Below, one piece after another: positions 31,279 to 40,854 of a stretch of 64,000 nucleotides of DNA. The position numbers and the translations under genes are program-made. Every line of letters starts with the position of its first letter. The first letter of the stretch is position 1. The DNA is taken from NCBI RefSeq assembly GCF_004353825.1, contig NZ_SMNA01000005.1:124001-188000 (forward strand). The letters run 5' to 3'. This DNA is from Occultella glacieicola. Lineage in GTDB: Bacteria > Actinomycetota > Actinomycetes > Actinomycetales > Beutenbergiaceae. The notes beneath the pieces were generated by a model. It was not told where the DNA came from, searched no databases, and saw nothing but the letters and a program-made list of their open reading frames with translations.

Positions 31279-34200
31279 GTGCGCACACCCCTGATGTTCG
31301 CCAGACGACTGGTGGTCGCTGCCTCTGCGGTAGCGGCGATGGTCGCGACGATGGCCGTCGCAACCATCCCCGCTGCCGCGGAGCCGACGACACCGGCCGT
31401 TCCGGCCACAGCCGACGAGAAGTTCACCACGGAGGCGATGTCGACGCTGTCGTCGACCGAGTCCGCGGACTTCTGGATCCGCTTCGCCGACCGCGCAGAC
31501 CTGAGCGCGGCCGCGGCGATCGCCGACTGGGACGCCCGCGGCGTCGCCGTCCACGACGCCCTCGTCCAGACCGCGGAGGCCTCACAGGCCGGCGTGGTCG
31601 CCGAGCTCACCGCGGCCGGGGCCACCTTCGAACCGCACTGGATCTCGAACGCGGTACTGGTCCGCGGCGGTTCCCTCGACCTGGCCCGCCAGGCCGCCGC
31701 CAGCAGCGAGGTCCTGGAGATCCGCCAGGTCACCGTCTACCCCGCCGAGGAGCCCGTCGCCGGCCCGACCGTCGAGACCTCCTCGATGGGCCGCAATGTC
31801 CTCGAGTGGGGCGTCAGCGCGATCAACGCCGACGACGTCTGGGCCGAGTTCGGCGCGACCGGTGAGGGCATCACGGTCGCGAACATCGACTCCGGCGTGC
31901 AGGGCGACCACCCCGCCCTCGCCCCGCACTATCGCGGCCTCCAGCCCGACGGCACCGTCGTCAACGACTACAACTGGTTCGACGTCGCCGGCGCCTGTGA
32001 CGGATCCCCATGCGACACCGACGGTCACGGCACCCACACGATGGGCACGATGATCGGCAGCGACGGTGGCGCCAACCAGATCGGCGTCGCACCCGGCGCC
32101 GACTGGATCGCCGCGAACGGCTGCTCCACCTGCGCCGACCCGGACCTGATCGCCTCCGGCGAATGGGTCATCGCGCCGACCGACTCCGCGGGTGAGAACG
32201 CCGACCCGAGCCAGCGCCCCCACATCGTGAACAACTCGTGGGGCTCGCGGTTCCCGTCGAACGACCCGTTCATGGAGGACATCATCGCCGCGTGGGAGGC
32301 CGCCGGGATCTTCGGCACCTGGTCCAACGGCAACAGCGGACCGGCCTGCTCCACCTCCGGGTCCCCGGGCAGCCGGACCATCACCTATTCGGTCGGTGCG
32401 TTCGACATCAGCGGCAACATCGCGTCCTTCTCCGCCCGTGGTCCGGGCCAGGACGGCACCATCAAGCCGAACATCGCCGCACCCGGCTCGAACGTGCGCT
32501 CCTCGCTCCCGGGCGACGCGTACGGCACCGCCTCGGGCACCTCGATGGCGGCGCCGCACCTGGCTGGCGCCATCGCCCTGCTGTGGAGCGCGGCGCCGTC
32601 GCTGATCGGTGACATCCCGGGCACCCAGGCGCTCCTGGACGCCACCGCCGTGGACGTCGACGACACCTCCTGTGGCGGCACCGCCGAGGACAACAACGTC
32701 TGGGGCGAGGGCAAGCTCGACGCCCTCGCGCTTGTGCAGGCGGCTCCGACCGCCGACGCGGGTGTCCTTTCCGGCACCGTCTCCGGTTCCGAGGGCGGCG
32801 GCATCGCCGGCGCCACCGTCACCGTCACCGGCGACACGGAGCGGGTCCTGACCACCGACGACAACGGCGCCTTCACGGGCACCTTCGTCGCCGGCGACTA
32901 CACCGTGACCGCGTCCGCCTTCGGGTACGCCCCGGCCACGACCGAGGTCACCGTGGTGGCCGAGGAGACGGTCAGCGTGGACCTCATCCTGGAGGCGGCG
33001 ACGTCGTTCGCGGTCTCCGGAACGGTCACGAACGCCGCCGACGGCGCCCCGGTCGCGGGTGCGACCGTCGCCTTCTCCGGCGCTCCGATCGAGCCGGTGA
33101 CCACCGGCGAGGACGGCACCTACGCCGTCGCCGACGTACCGGCGGGGACGTACACCGTCACCATCACCGGCGACCGGTGCAGCGCGCCGTTCTCGGCCGA
33201 ACTCGTGGTCGACGGTGACGAGACGCTCGACGCGGCACTCGTCGGCATCCAGGACGAGTACGGCTACTTCTGCTCCGTGGGCACCGACGGCTTCCGCCAG
33301 GGTGACACGCAGCTCGTCCTGACCGGTGACGACTCCACGGTGGCCGCGGACCTTCCGTTCGCGTTCCCGTTCTACGGAGGCTCGTACTCCGCGGTGAACG
33401 TGTCCACGAACGGGCACGTGAACTTCCTCGCCCCGGTGACCGCCTACTCGAACGTGGCGATCCCGAGCACGGCCGTTCCGAACGCAGCCATCTACGCGCT
33501 CTGGGACGACCTCACCTTCAACAATGGGGGCACCGCCTACACGGCGAGCACCACCATCGATGGTGAGGACGCCTTCGTGATCGAGTACCGGGAGGTCAGC
33601 CCGCTCTCCTCCACGGACACGGTCAGCTTCTCGATCACCCTGTTCGCCGGCGGCGACGTGGAGATCGGCTACGGTCCGGCGTCGAACCCCGAGAACCCGC
33701 GCCTGCTGGGTGACTCGGCCACGGCCGGCATCGAGAACGAGTCCGGCACGATCGCGAGCCAGTACTCGTTCAACGAGCCGGTCCTCGCGACCGGGTCCGC
33801 GGTGCGCTACGAACTGCCCCCGAACGGCACCGTGTTCGGGAACGTGACGGACTACAACGACGGTCTGCCCATCGCGGGAGCCACCGTCACGGCCACCCCG
33901 GACGACGGCGGAGAGCCGCGGTCGGTCACCACCGACGCGAACGGCGACTACAGCCTGCTGCTGTTCTTCGGCGCCTACACCGTCGACATCGAGGCCCCCG
34001 GCTACACGCCCCGCACGCGGGACGTGGTGGTCGACCTCGATGGCGAACGGAACCGGTTCTCTCCGAAACTGAAGACGGGCATCGCAACGGTGGCTCCGCC
34101 GTCGTACTCCTGGACACTCACCGAGGGCCAGACCAGGTCGGCGGACCTGACCATCGAGAACACCGGCTCGGCCCCGCTCACCTACACCATCGGTGAGTTG

Positions 34201-35781
34201 CCGCGTGCGGTGAACACGGCGGCGCAGACTCCGGCGCTCTCGGCGGCGGCACGCGACGCGGCCGTGGTGCCCGCGGGCAACACCACGATCGGCCAGGTCA
34301 ACCGGGCCTTCGCCGCACTCGATGCGGCTGCGGCCCAGACCGACCCGAACGCCCACACGGCGCTCGGCCTGTACACCGACGACCAGCGCGAGCTGCTGGC
34401 CGCACCGGTCACACCGGACGCCGTCGGCGAGATCCTCAACCAGTGGGACTCCGGCCTGGCCGGGGTCGCCTGGGGCACCGGGTTCACCGGAGACGTGTGG
34501 ATCTCGGACGCCGAGGCGATCGTCAACCAGCAGTACTCGACCGACGGGACCCCGGGCAACCAGTTCCCGGCGAACTGGGGCGGTACCTGGTCCGGTGACC
34601 TCGCGCAGGACTCCACGACCGGGGACCTGTGCCAGGTGAACGTGGGCGGGGACAACGGGATCCACTGCTTCGACGAGGCGACGGGGGCGGCCACCACCAC
34701 CCTCACCGGCTCACCGTGGTCGTCCGTCTCCCAACGCGGGCTGGCCTACAACGCGGCCGAGGACGTGTTCTACACCGGCGGTTGGAACGAGGGCATCATC
34801 TACACGGTGGCAGGCACCACGCACGCCACCCCGGGTGAGACCCTGGCCCAGTGCGAGCCGGCGGACGCGTCCATCGCGGGCATCGCGTACAACCCCACCT
34901 CGAACACGATCTGGTACGTGAACAGCGCGCTGGTCACGTCGTTCTTCCAGATCTCGCCCGAGGACTGCTCCACCATCAGCACGGTCGCCTACCCGACGTC
35001 CGACGAGGGTCCGGGCGCCGGCCTGGACCTGGACGCCACCGGCGCCCTCTGGACCGCGAACCAGGTGACCGGTGAGGTGTACCTCGTGGACGTGGGCGAC
35101 CCGAACGTCACGGACGTCCCGTGGCTGACGGTCACCCCGGCCGAGGGCACCGTGCGGGCCAACCGGACCGCCACCCTGGAGGTCACGGTGGACACCACGG
35201 GCCTGGCGCCCGGGGTGTACGGCGCGAACATCCTGGTGCAGACGAACGCCGGGCGGGTCCCGACGATCACGGTCCCGGTGACCCTGATCGTCTCCGCCTA
35301 CCAGGTCGGGGTGAACGCCGGTGGCGGCGCCTACACCGACGCCGGCGAGTTCGCCTGGTCCGCGGACCAGCCGCTCACTGCGGGCGACTGGGGCTGGACC
35401 GGTCAGCGCACCGAGACCGAGGCGACCGACCTCGCGATCGGTGGCACGACGGAGGACACGCTGTTCCAGACCCGGCGCACCGGGATCTTCAGCTACGTGT
35501 TCTCCGACGCACCGGCCGGGACGTACGCGATCGACCTCGGGTTCGCCGAGTTCGACGCGGACTATCCGGAGCGCGACCGTCTTTTCGACGTCCTCGTCAA
35601 CGACGAGTACGTCCTGGTCGGGGTGGACGTCGCCGAGGAGGCGGGCGGCCTGTGGGCCGACCAGCACACGGTGATCGTCGAGCACACCGGTGGAGATCTG
35701 GTGGTCGAGCTGGGCAACCGGCGCAGCTACGAGTACCCGATCGTGAACACGCTGCGGGTCACCGAGCGGGGTGACCTGTGA
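31279..35781 (+). CDS. Secreted multidomain S8 serine peptidase (bacillopeptidase F-like) with carboxypeptidase-regulatory-like repeats, a probable beta-propeller and a C-terminal malectin-like domain
   Basis: Signal peptide (..IPAAA-E); triad VANIDSG / HGTHTMGT / GTSMAAPH; GTV..G..IAGATV repeats; VNAGG..Y...LGFAE...RLFDV; RBS GGAGG. Confidence 0.93.
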   Translation: MRTPLMFARRLVVAASAVAAMVATMAVATIPAAAEPTTPAVPATADEKFTTEAMSTLSSTESADFWIRFADRADLSAAAAIADWDARGVAVHDALVQTAEASQAGVVAELTAAGATFEPHWISNAVLVRGGSLDLARQAAASSEVLEIRQVTVYPAEEPVAGPTVETSSMGRNVLEWGVSAINADDVWAEFGATGEGITVANIDSGVQGDHPALAPHYRGLQPDGTVVNDYNWFDVAGACDGSPCDTDGHGTHTMGTMIGSDGGANQIGVAPGADWIAANGCSTCADPDLIASGEWVIAPTDSAGENADPSQRPHIVNNSWGSRFPSNDPFMEDIIAAWEAAGIFGTWSNGNSGPACSTSGSPGSRTITYSVGAFDISGNIASFSARGPGQDGTIKPNIAAPGSNVRSSLPGDAYGTASGTSMAAPHLAGAIALLWSAAPSLIGDIPGTQALLDATAVDVDDTSCGGTAEDNNVWGEGKLDALALVQAAPTADAGVLSGTVSGSEGGGIAGATVTVTGDTERVLTTDDNGAFTGTFVAGDYTVTASAFGYAPATTEVTVVAEETVSVDLILEAATSFAVSGTVTNAADGAPVAGATVAFSGAPIEPVTTGEDGTYAVADVPAGTYTVTITGDRCSAPFSAELVVDGDETLDAALVGIQDEYGYFCSVGTDGFRQGDTQLVLTGDDSTVAADLPFAFPFYGGSYSAVNVSTNGHVNFLAPVTAYSNVAIPSTAVPNAAIYALWDDLTFNNGGTAYTASTTIDGEDAFVIEYREVSPLSSTDTVSFSITLFAGGDVEIGYGPASNPENPRLLGDSATAGIENESGTIASQYSFNEPVLATGSAVRYELPPNGTVFGNVTDYNDGLPIAGATVTATPDDGGEPRSVTTDANGDYSLLLFFGAYTVDIEAPGYTPRTRDVVVDLDGERNRFSPKLKTGIATVAPPSYSWTLTEGQTRSADLTIENTGSAPLTYTIGELPRAVNTAAQTPALSAAARDAAVVPAGNTTIGQVNRAFAALDAAAAQTDPNAHTALGLYTDDQRELLAAPVTPDAVGEILNQWDSGLAGVAWGTGFTGDVWISDAEAIVNQQYSTDGTPGNQFPANWGGTWSGDLAQDSTTGDLCQVNVGGDNGIHCFDEATGAATTTLTGSPWSSVSQRGLAYNAAEDVFYTGGWNEGIIYTVAGTTHATPGETLAQCEPADASIAGIAYNPTSNTIWYVNSALVTSFFQISPEDCSTISTVAYPTSDEGPGAGLDLDATGALWTANQVTGEVYLVDVGDPNVTDVPWLTVTPAEGTVRANRTATLEVTVDTTGLAPGVYGANILVQTNAGRVPTITVPVTLIVSAYQVGVNAGGGAYTDAGEFAWSADQPLTAGDWGWTGQRTETEATDLAIGGTTEDTLFQTRRTGIFSYVFSDAPAGTYAIDLGFAEFDADYPERDRLFDVLVNDEYVLVGVDVAEEAGGLWADQHTVIVEHTGGDLVVELGNRRSYEYPIVNTLRVTERGDL

Positions 35782-35801
35782 GGTAGTACTGGACCGCAGC
35801 A

Positions 35802-35840
35802 CGACGGCGGCCGGGCACCTTGGGTGTCCGGCCGTCGCCG
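35802..35840 (+). terminator. GC-rich hairpin after the S8 peptidase gene
   Basis: GGCGGCCGGGCACC-TTG-GGTGTCCGGCCGTC. Confidence 0.65.
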
Positions 35841-35880
35841 TGTGCGGGCTCGGCTGAGGTCAAGGGGAGCCCGGCGGATT

Positions 35881-35912
35881 CGGTAGCAAGGGCGGTGCTA
35901 CCGGAGTAGCAT
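35881..35912 (+). promoter_or_regulatory. mazEF promoter/operator: three GTAGCA/TGCTAC half-sites, -10 TAGCAT
   Basis: Half-sites at 35883, 35896 and 35906; -10 is 6 nt before the ATG. Confidence 0.7.
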
Positions 35913-35918
35913 TGGGTC

Positions 35919-36149
35919 ATGAAGTTGAGCGTCAGTCTGACCGACGACGATGTCGCGCGCCTCGATGCCCATGCCCGGGCCGTTGGCCTCAAGTCCCGCT
36001 CCGCAGCACTCCAGGACGCCATCCGGCGCCTCGGAGATCCCGGGCTCGAGGATGCCTACGCCGACGCCTGGGACGAGTGGGAGGCATCGGGCGACGCCGC
36101 CGCCTGGGAGTCCACAGGTGCGGACGGGCTGACAAGTGCTGCGCGGTGA
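35919..36149 (+). CDS. mazE: Ribbon-helix-helix antitoxin, MazE9-like
   Basis: [12 protein letters not shown]...[23 protein letters not shown]; overlaps the toxin gene. Confidence 0.9.
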   Translation: MKLSVSLTDDDVARLDAHARAVGLKSRSAALQDAIRRLGDPGLEDAYADAWDEWEASGDAAAWESTGADGLTSAAR

Positions 36150-36483
36150 GATTCGCCTGGTCGATCTGGAGCCGGTCCGGGGCAGCGAGGCGAACAAGCA
36201 GCGACCGGCGGTCATCGTCAGCAACGACCGGGCAAATGCCAGCGCGGCGCGACTGGGCAGAGGCGTCCTCGCGGTCGTCCCCGTGACGAGCAACACCAGC
36301 CGGGTATTCGACTTCCAGACGCTCCTACCGGCAGCCGAGACCGGCCTGCGGATCGACGGTAAGGCTCAGGCCGAGCAGGTTCGATCTGTCTCCGTCGAAC
36401 GCGTCGGCTCAGTTCTGGGCAGCGTTCCGACGCGTTTGATGGCCGCGCTCGACGACGCCCTCCGCCTCCATCTCCAGCTCTGA
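36136..36483 (+). CDS. mazF: PemK/MazF family mRNA interferase, MazF9-like
   Basis: [46 protein letters not shown]. Confidence 0.95.
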   Translation: MLRGEIRLVDLEPVRGSEANKQRPAVIVSNDRANASAARLGRGVLAVVPVTSNTSRVFDFQTLLPAAETGLRIDGKAQAEQVRSVSVERVGSVLGSVPTRLMAALDDALRLHLQL

Positions 36484-36500
36484 CCACACCTGGGCGAGGA

Positions 36501-37682
36501 CTACGAGACGTCCAGCTCGACGATCCGGTCGTCGCCGTCGCGGACGTCGCCGCGGCCGTCGGTGTTCGACGTCGCTACCCACAGGCCGCCGTCGGGCGTG
36601 AGCGTCACCGCCCGCAGCCTGCCCAGGTCCAGGTACGCGCTCGGCTCGCCCACGCCGTCGGGCCCGATCGGCACGTACCAGAGCCGCTCGCCGCGCAGCG
36701 CGGCGAGCCAGACGCCGGCATCGGTCACGGCGATGCCCGACGGCGAGGCCTCCGACGTCGGCCAGGTCACCACGGGATCGACGTAGTCGGGCGCGCCCGC
36801 CCAGCCCTCGACGTGCGGCCAGCCGTAGTTGGCGCCGGGTTCGATGACGTTCAGCTCGTCGAGGTCGTTCTGCCCGAACTCGGAGGCGTACATGGTCCCG
36901 TCGCCGGTCCAGCCGAGCCCCTGGACGTTGCGGTGGCCGTAGCTGTAGACGGCGGTGCCGAACGGGTTCCCGGGCGCCGGGTCGCCGGAGGTGGTGATCC
37001 GCAGGATCTTGCCGCCGAGACTGTCCAGGTCCTGCGAGCGAGAAGTCCGGCCGGCGTCCCCGGTGCTCACGTACAGGTACCCGTCCGGGCCGAATGCGAG
37101 CCGTCCGCCGTTGTGGTTCCCGGCGGCCGGGATGCCCTCCAGGATCACCCGCGGGCCGGTCAGCGCGTCGCCGTCGAGGTCCATCCGGACCACCTGGTTG
37201 CCGGAGCCCGTGGTCAGGTACAGGTACACGCCGGTGTCCGGGCCGACTGCGATCCCGAGCAGGCCGCCCTCGCCGCCGTGGGCGACGTCCGGCACCGCGC
37301 CGCCCGGACCGCCCGCGTCCAGGGCGGTGACGCCGTCGGCCGTGACCCGCAGCACCCGCCCGGAGTCGCGTTCGGTGACGAGGGCGGCGCCGTCGGGCGT
37401 GAACGCGACGCCCCAGGGCGTCTGCAGGCCGGTGGCGATCGTGGCGCCGACGCTCACCTGCGAGAACTCGGCCGGAGGGCCTGACGGCGCAGGCGTGGCC
37501 GGGGTCGGTTCGTCCGGTTCGGTGGTGGTGGGGGCGGGTTCGCTCGGGGCCGTGGCACTCGAGGTCGGCACCGGCCCGCCCTCGGGATCCGCGGTGCAGC
37601 CGATCGCGAGCGCGAGCGTTACCGCCATCAGCAGCATGCGTGCAGGCCGGACGCTCCGAGGGGGCCGGATGGTCCGTCGCAT
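36501..37682 (-). CDS. PQQ-dependent glucose/sorbosone dehydrogenase family lipoprotein
   Basis: Lipobox LAIGC; GEGGLLGIA, HNGGRLAFGPDG, GHRNVQG, NYGWP. Confidence 0.92.
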   Translation of the reverse strand: MRRTIRPPRSVRPARMLLMAVTLALAIGCTADPEGGPVPTSSATAPSEPAPTTTEPDEPTPATPAPSGPPAEFSQVSVGATIATGLQTPWGVAFTPDGAALVTERDSGRVLRVTADGVTALDAGGPGGAVPDVAHGGEGGLLGIAVGPDTGVYLYLTTGSGNQVVRMDLDGDALTGPRVILEGIPAAGNHNGGRLAFGPDGYLYVSTGDAGRTSRSQDLDSLGGKILRITTSGDPAPGNPFGTAVYSYGHRNVQGLGWTGDGTMYASEFGQNDLDELNVIEPGANYGWPHVEGWAGAPDYVDPVVTWPTSEASPSGIAVTDAGVWLAALRGERLWYVPIGPDGVGEPSAYLDLGRLRAVTLTPDGGLWVATSNTDGRGDVRDGDDRIVELDVS

Positions 37683-37690
37683 CGTCGCTC

Positions 37691-38497
37691 CTAGGCGTCT
37701 CGGCGCTGGTACCGCAGGAACAGCATGTCACCGGCGGACAGGACATGCGCGAGGCGCATGCCAAGCGTGCGCTGCGGCCCGCCGCTGGAGATCCGGCCGG
37801 CCGGGCCGCCCTCGAGAACCGGGCTCACGGTCAGGCACACCTCGTCCACGGCGCCGGCGCCGATGAGGGTCCCGAACAGCTGCGGGCCGCCCTCGCAGAG
37901 CATCTGGGTGAGGCCGCGGGCGGCAAGTTCGCGACGCATGACGTGGGCGTCGACGCCGCCGGGCACGCCGGCGCCCGGCACCTGTGCGGTCTGGCCCGCG
38001 AGTCCCGCGGGTCCGCTGCCCGGGCCCTCGCAGACGATCACGTCGGCGACCTCGGCGAGCGCCTCCCGCTGCGGCTCTGGCGCGGCCGCGCCGGTGAGCA
38101 CGATCGGGCGTGCGGGGGCGTCGGTGAAGACCGGCGACGCGGGGTCCAGGGCCAGCCGAGCGGACACGAGCGCGAACACTGGGTGCTCGGGCAGGCCCCG
38201 CTCCCGGCGCCAGGCGCCGTCCTCCTCGGCGAGCCGCATCGCGGCGTACCCCTCGGCCCGCACGGTCCCGGCGCCGACGATCACCACATCGGCCAGGCGG
38301 CGCAGCGTGTCGAAGACCTGCTTGTCCGCGGCGTTGTTGAGCCCTCCGGAGAGGCCCTCGTGGGTGGCGGCGCCGTCGATGCTGGCGATGAAGTTCACCC
38401 GCAGGTGCGGCTCGGCGCGGTCGGCGACGGCGTACGCGGCGACCAGATCGTCGGTGTCGAAGGCCGGCTCGTCGGCCGGGTGGGGCGAGGTGCTCAT
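37691..38497 (-). CDS. RibD C-terminal-domain (pyrimidine reductase / DHFR-like) protein
   Basis: NFIASIDG, VGAGTVRAEGY, LCEGGPQL, VDEVCLTVSP; no deaminase domain. Confidence 0.9.
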   Translation of the reverse strand: MSTSPHPADEPAFDTDDLVAAYAVADRAEPHLRVNFIASIDGAATHEGLSGGLNNAADKQVFDTLRRLADVVIVGAGTVRAEGYAAMRLAEEDGAWRRERGLPEHPVFALVSARLALDPASPVFTDAPARPIVLTGAAAPEPQREALAEVADVIVCEGPGSGPAGLAGQTAQVPGAGVPGGVDAHVMRRELAARGLTQMLCEGGPQLFGTLIGAGAVDEVCLTVSPVLEGGPAGRISSGGPQRTLGMRLAHVLSAGDMLFLRYQRRDA

Positions 38498-38507
38498 CGG
38501 TGGCTCC

Positions 38508-39410
38508 TCACATGTTGTGCCCGGTCCGGGCGGGCTCGCGCAGCCCGAGCACGGCCTCGGCCATCCTGATCGTCTGCACGGTCGGTGCGACGTTGTGGGC
38601 GCGCACGATCCGGGCGCCGCGCTCGACGCACATCACGGTCGCGGCCAGGGTCCCGACCAGTCGCTCCCCGCGCGGGGCGTCCAGCGTCTCCCCCACGAAG
38701 TCCTTGTTGGACAGCGCCACCAGGGTGGGCAGGCCGATCCCGGTGATCTCGGCGAGCCGGCGGGTGATCTCCAACGAGTGCCGGGTGTTCTTGTTCAGGT
38801 CGTGGCCGGGGTCGATGACGATCCGGTCCCGGGCGACCCCGGCCGCGAGCGCGCGATCCACCGTGGCCCGCAGGAAGTCGGCGATCTCGGTGACGACGTC
38901 GCCGTAGGTGGGCCTGGGGTGGTGCCGGTGCGGCTGGGCGATCGAGTGCGCGATCACCACCGTCGCGCCGGTCTCGGCGACGGCCTCGGCCATGCCGTCC
39001 ACGCGCATCCCCATCGTGTCGTTGATGACGTCGGCCCCCGCGGCCACGCACGCCCGGGCGACCTCCGGCCGGTAGGTGTCCACCGAGATGACCACGTCGG
39101 AGCCAGCCCGGATCCCCTCGATCACGCCGAGCACCCGGTCAAGTTCCTCGGCGACGCTCAGCTCCGGGGTGTCCGGGGAGAACGCCATGCCGCCCACGTC
39201 CACCCAGTCCGCGCCGTCCTCGGCGGCACGCAACGCCGCGGCCACCGCCGCGTCGAGCGCGAAGGTGGCTCCGCCGTCGTAGAAGGAGTCCGGGGTGCGG
39301 TTCACGATGGCCATCACGGCCACCCGGTTCGCGAAGTCGAACGTGCGCGCCCCGATCGTGCGGGGCATCAGCCGGCTGACCGGTTCCGGGCAGAGCGTGC
39401 TGTGGGTCAT
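38508..39410 (-). CDS. folP: Dihydropteroate synthase family protein, FolP2-type
   Basis: MAIVNRTPDSFYD, SVDTY, IND, IDPGHD, LSNKDFVGETL, VRAHNV. Confidence 0.88.
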   Translation of the reverse strand: MTHSTLCPEPVSRLMPRTIGARTFDFANRVAVMAIVNRTPDSFYDGGATFALDAAVAAALRAAEDGADWVDVGGMAFSPDTPELSVAEELDRVLGVIEGIRAGSDVVISVDTYRPEVARACVAAGADVINDTMGMRVDGMAEAVAETGATVVIAHSIAQPHRHHPRPTYGDVVTEIADFLRATVDRALAAGVARDRIVIDPGHDLNKNTRHSLEITRRLAEITGIGLPTLVALSNKDFVGETLDAPRGERLVGTLAATVMCVERGARIVRAHNVAPTVQTIRMAEAVLGLREPARTGHNM

Positions 39411-39490
39411 CGTGGCGCGGCCTCCCCACCGGATCGCCGGGATACGAGCCCATCGTGCCATCCGAGCGGGCCGCCCTGCCCTCCACCCCG

Positions 39491-39590
39491 GGGTGAGAGT
39501 GCTGGAGTGGCAACCGCTTCAGCACTCTCGAGCGGCGCGCCTTCGGGTGAGCGTGCGGAGTTGGCTGCCACTTCAGCACTCTCGAGCGAC
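39491..39590. repeat. Two tandem REP-like palindromic units (54-bp period)
   Basis: GGGTGAG at 39491 and 39545; CTTCAGCACTCTCGAGCG at 39517 and 39571; unit 1 folds GAGAGTGCTGGAG/CTTCAGCACTCTC. Confidence 0.75.
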
Positions 39591-39600
39591 GGGCCGGGCG

Positions 39601-40854
39601 TCAGAGGTCGCCGATCGCGACGTCCAAGTCCGCCAGACGTGCCACAGCCACGCCGCGGCCGGACGCGATCAGCGCGTCGATGGCCTCGTTCACGTCCCAG
39701 ATGTTGACGTTCATCCCGGCGACGACCCGGGCGGCGTCGTCGGGCCCGGTCACCCAGAACGCGATGAACTCGCCGGATGAGACGTCGCCGCGGTAGACCA
39801 CCCGGGAGCCGGCCATCAGGTCGCCGTAGCCGGAGAACTCCATGCCGAGGTCGAACTGGTCGGTGTAGAAGTACGGCACCCGGTCGAAGCTGACGTCCTC
39901 ACCGAGCATGCTCCGCGCCGCGGCCGCGCCCTGGCGTTCGGCGTTGGCCCAGTGGTCGGAGCGCAGGTGTCGTCCGAGCACCGGGTGGAACGCGCTCGCG
40001 ACGTCCCCGGCCGCGTACACGTCCGCGGCACCCTCAGCGTCCCCCTCGGCGCGCAGCGCGGCATCCACGACCACGCCGCGCTCGACCCGGAGCCCGGCGG
40101 CCTGCGCCAGGTCGGAGTTCGGCACGGCGCCCACCCCGATCACGACCACGTCGGCCTCGATCACCTCACCGTCGGCCAGGCGCACCCCCGTGACGTCGCC
40201 CTCCCCCTCGAGGCCCGCGACGCTCACCCGCATCCGCAGGTCGACCCCGTTCCGGCTGTGCAGCGCGCCGAAGTAGGCGCCGAGTTCGGCGCCGAGCGCC
40301 ACTTCGAGCGGAACGGCCTCCTGACCGAGCACGGTCACCTCGTTGCCGTAGCCGCGGGCGGCCGCGGCCACCTCGAGCCCGATCCAACCGGCACCGACGA
40401 TGACGACCCGCCGTCCGCCGTCGGCCAGCGCGGCGCGCAGCGCCTCGGACTCGGTGAGCGTGCGCAGGTAGTGGACCCCGCCGAGGTCCGGAAAGGTCTC
40501 CGCGGGCAGACGCCGCGAGGACGCACCCGTGGCGAGCAGCACCTTGGTGTACGCGAGCCGCTCGCCGTCGTCGAGCACCACCTCGCGGGTGGCCGGGCGC
40601 AACTCGAGCACCGGCGTCCCCCGGCGCAGGTCCACATCGTTCTCCGCGTACCAGGACTCCGGGTGCACCTGCGGCTCGGACCTGTCCGCGGCGCCCGCGA
40701 GGAACTCCTTGGACAGCGGCGGCCGGATGTAGGGCACCTCGTCCTCACCGGCGAGCAGCACCACCCGGCCGGGGAACCCCTGCTCGCGCAGAGTGGTCGC
40801 GGCGGTGGCCCCGGCCAGCCCGCCCCCGATGATCACGAACGTCTGCTCTGTCAT
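39601..40854 (-). CDS. NAD(P)/FAD-dependent oxidoreductase (ferredoxin reductase-like)
   Basis: IIGGGLAG, PYIRPPLSK, LLATG, VGAGWIGLE, YAAGD, PYFYTDQFD; ATGA overlap with folE. Confidence 0.93.
   Translation of the reverse strand: MTEQTFVIIGGGLAGATAATTLREQGFPGRVVLLAGEDEVPYIRPPLSKEFLAGAADRSEPQVHPESWYAENDVDLRRGTPVLELRPATREVVLDDGERLAYTKVLLATGASSRRLPAETFPDLGGVHYLRTLTESEALRAALADGGRRVVIVGAGWIGLEVAAAARGYGNEVTVLGQEAVPLEVALGAELGAYFGALHSRNGVDLRMRVSVAGLEGEGDVTGVRLADGEVIEADVVVIGVGAVPNSDLAQAAGLRVERGVVVDAALRAEGDAEGAADVYAAGDVASAFHPVLGRHLRSDHWANAERQGAAAARSMLGEDVSFDRVPYFYTDQFDLGMEFSGYGDLMAGSRVVYRGDVSSGEFIAFWVTGPDDAARVVAGMNVNIWDVNEAIDALIASGRGVAVARLADLDVAIGDL

Noticed and set aside
31582..34665. 1027-aa minus-strand ORF, and similar long shadows (6017-8095, 10990-12846, 14449-17007, 16439-18808, 28324-30687, 59112-61241)
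   Set aside because: They overlap well-supported genes, are Arg/Gly/Pro-rich or mirror-frame, and show no motifs.
39491..39590. Possible mini-CRISPR
   Set aside because: Only two degenerate units with similar intervening sequence and no cas genes.
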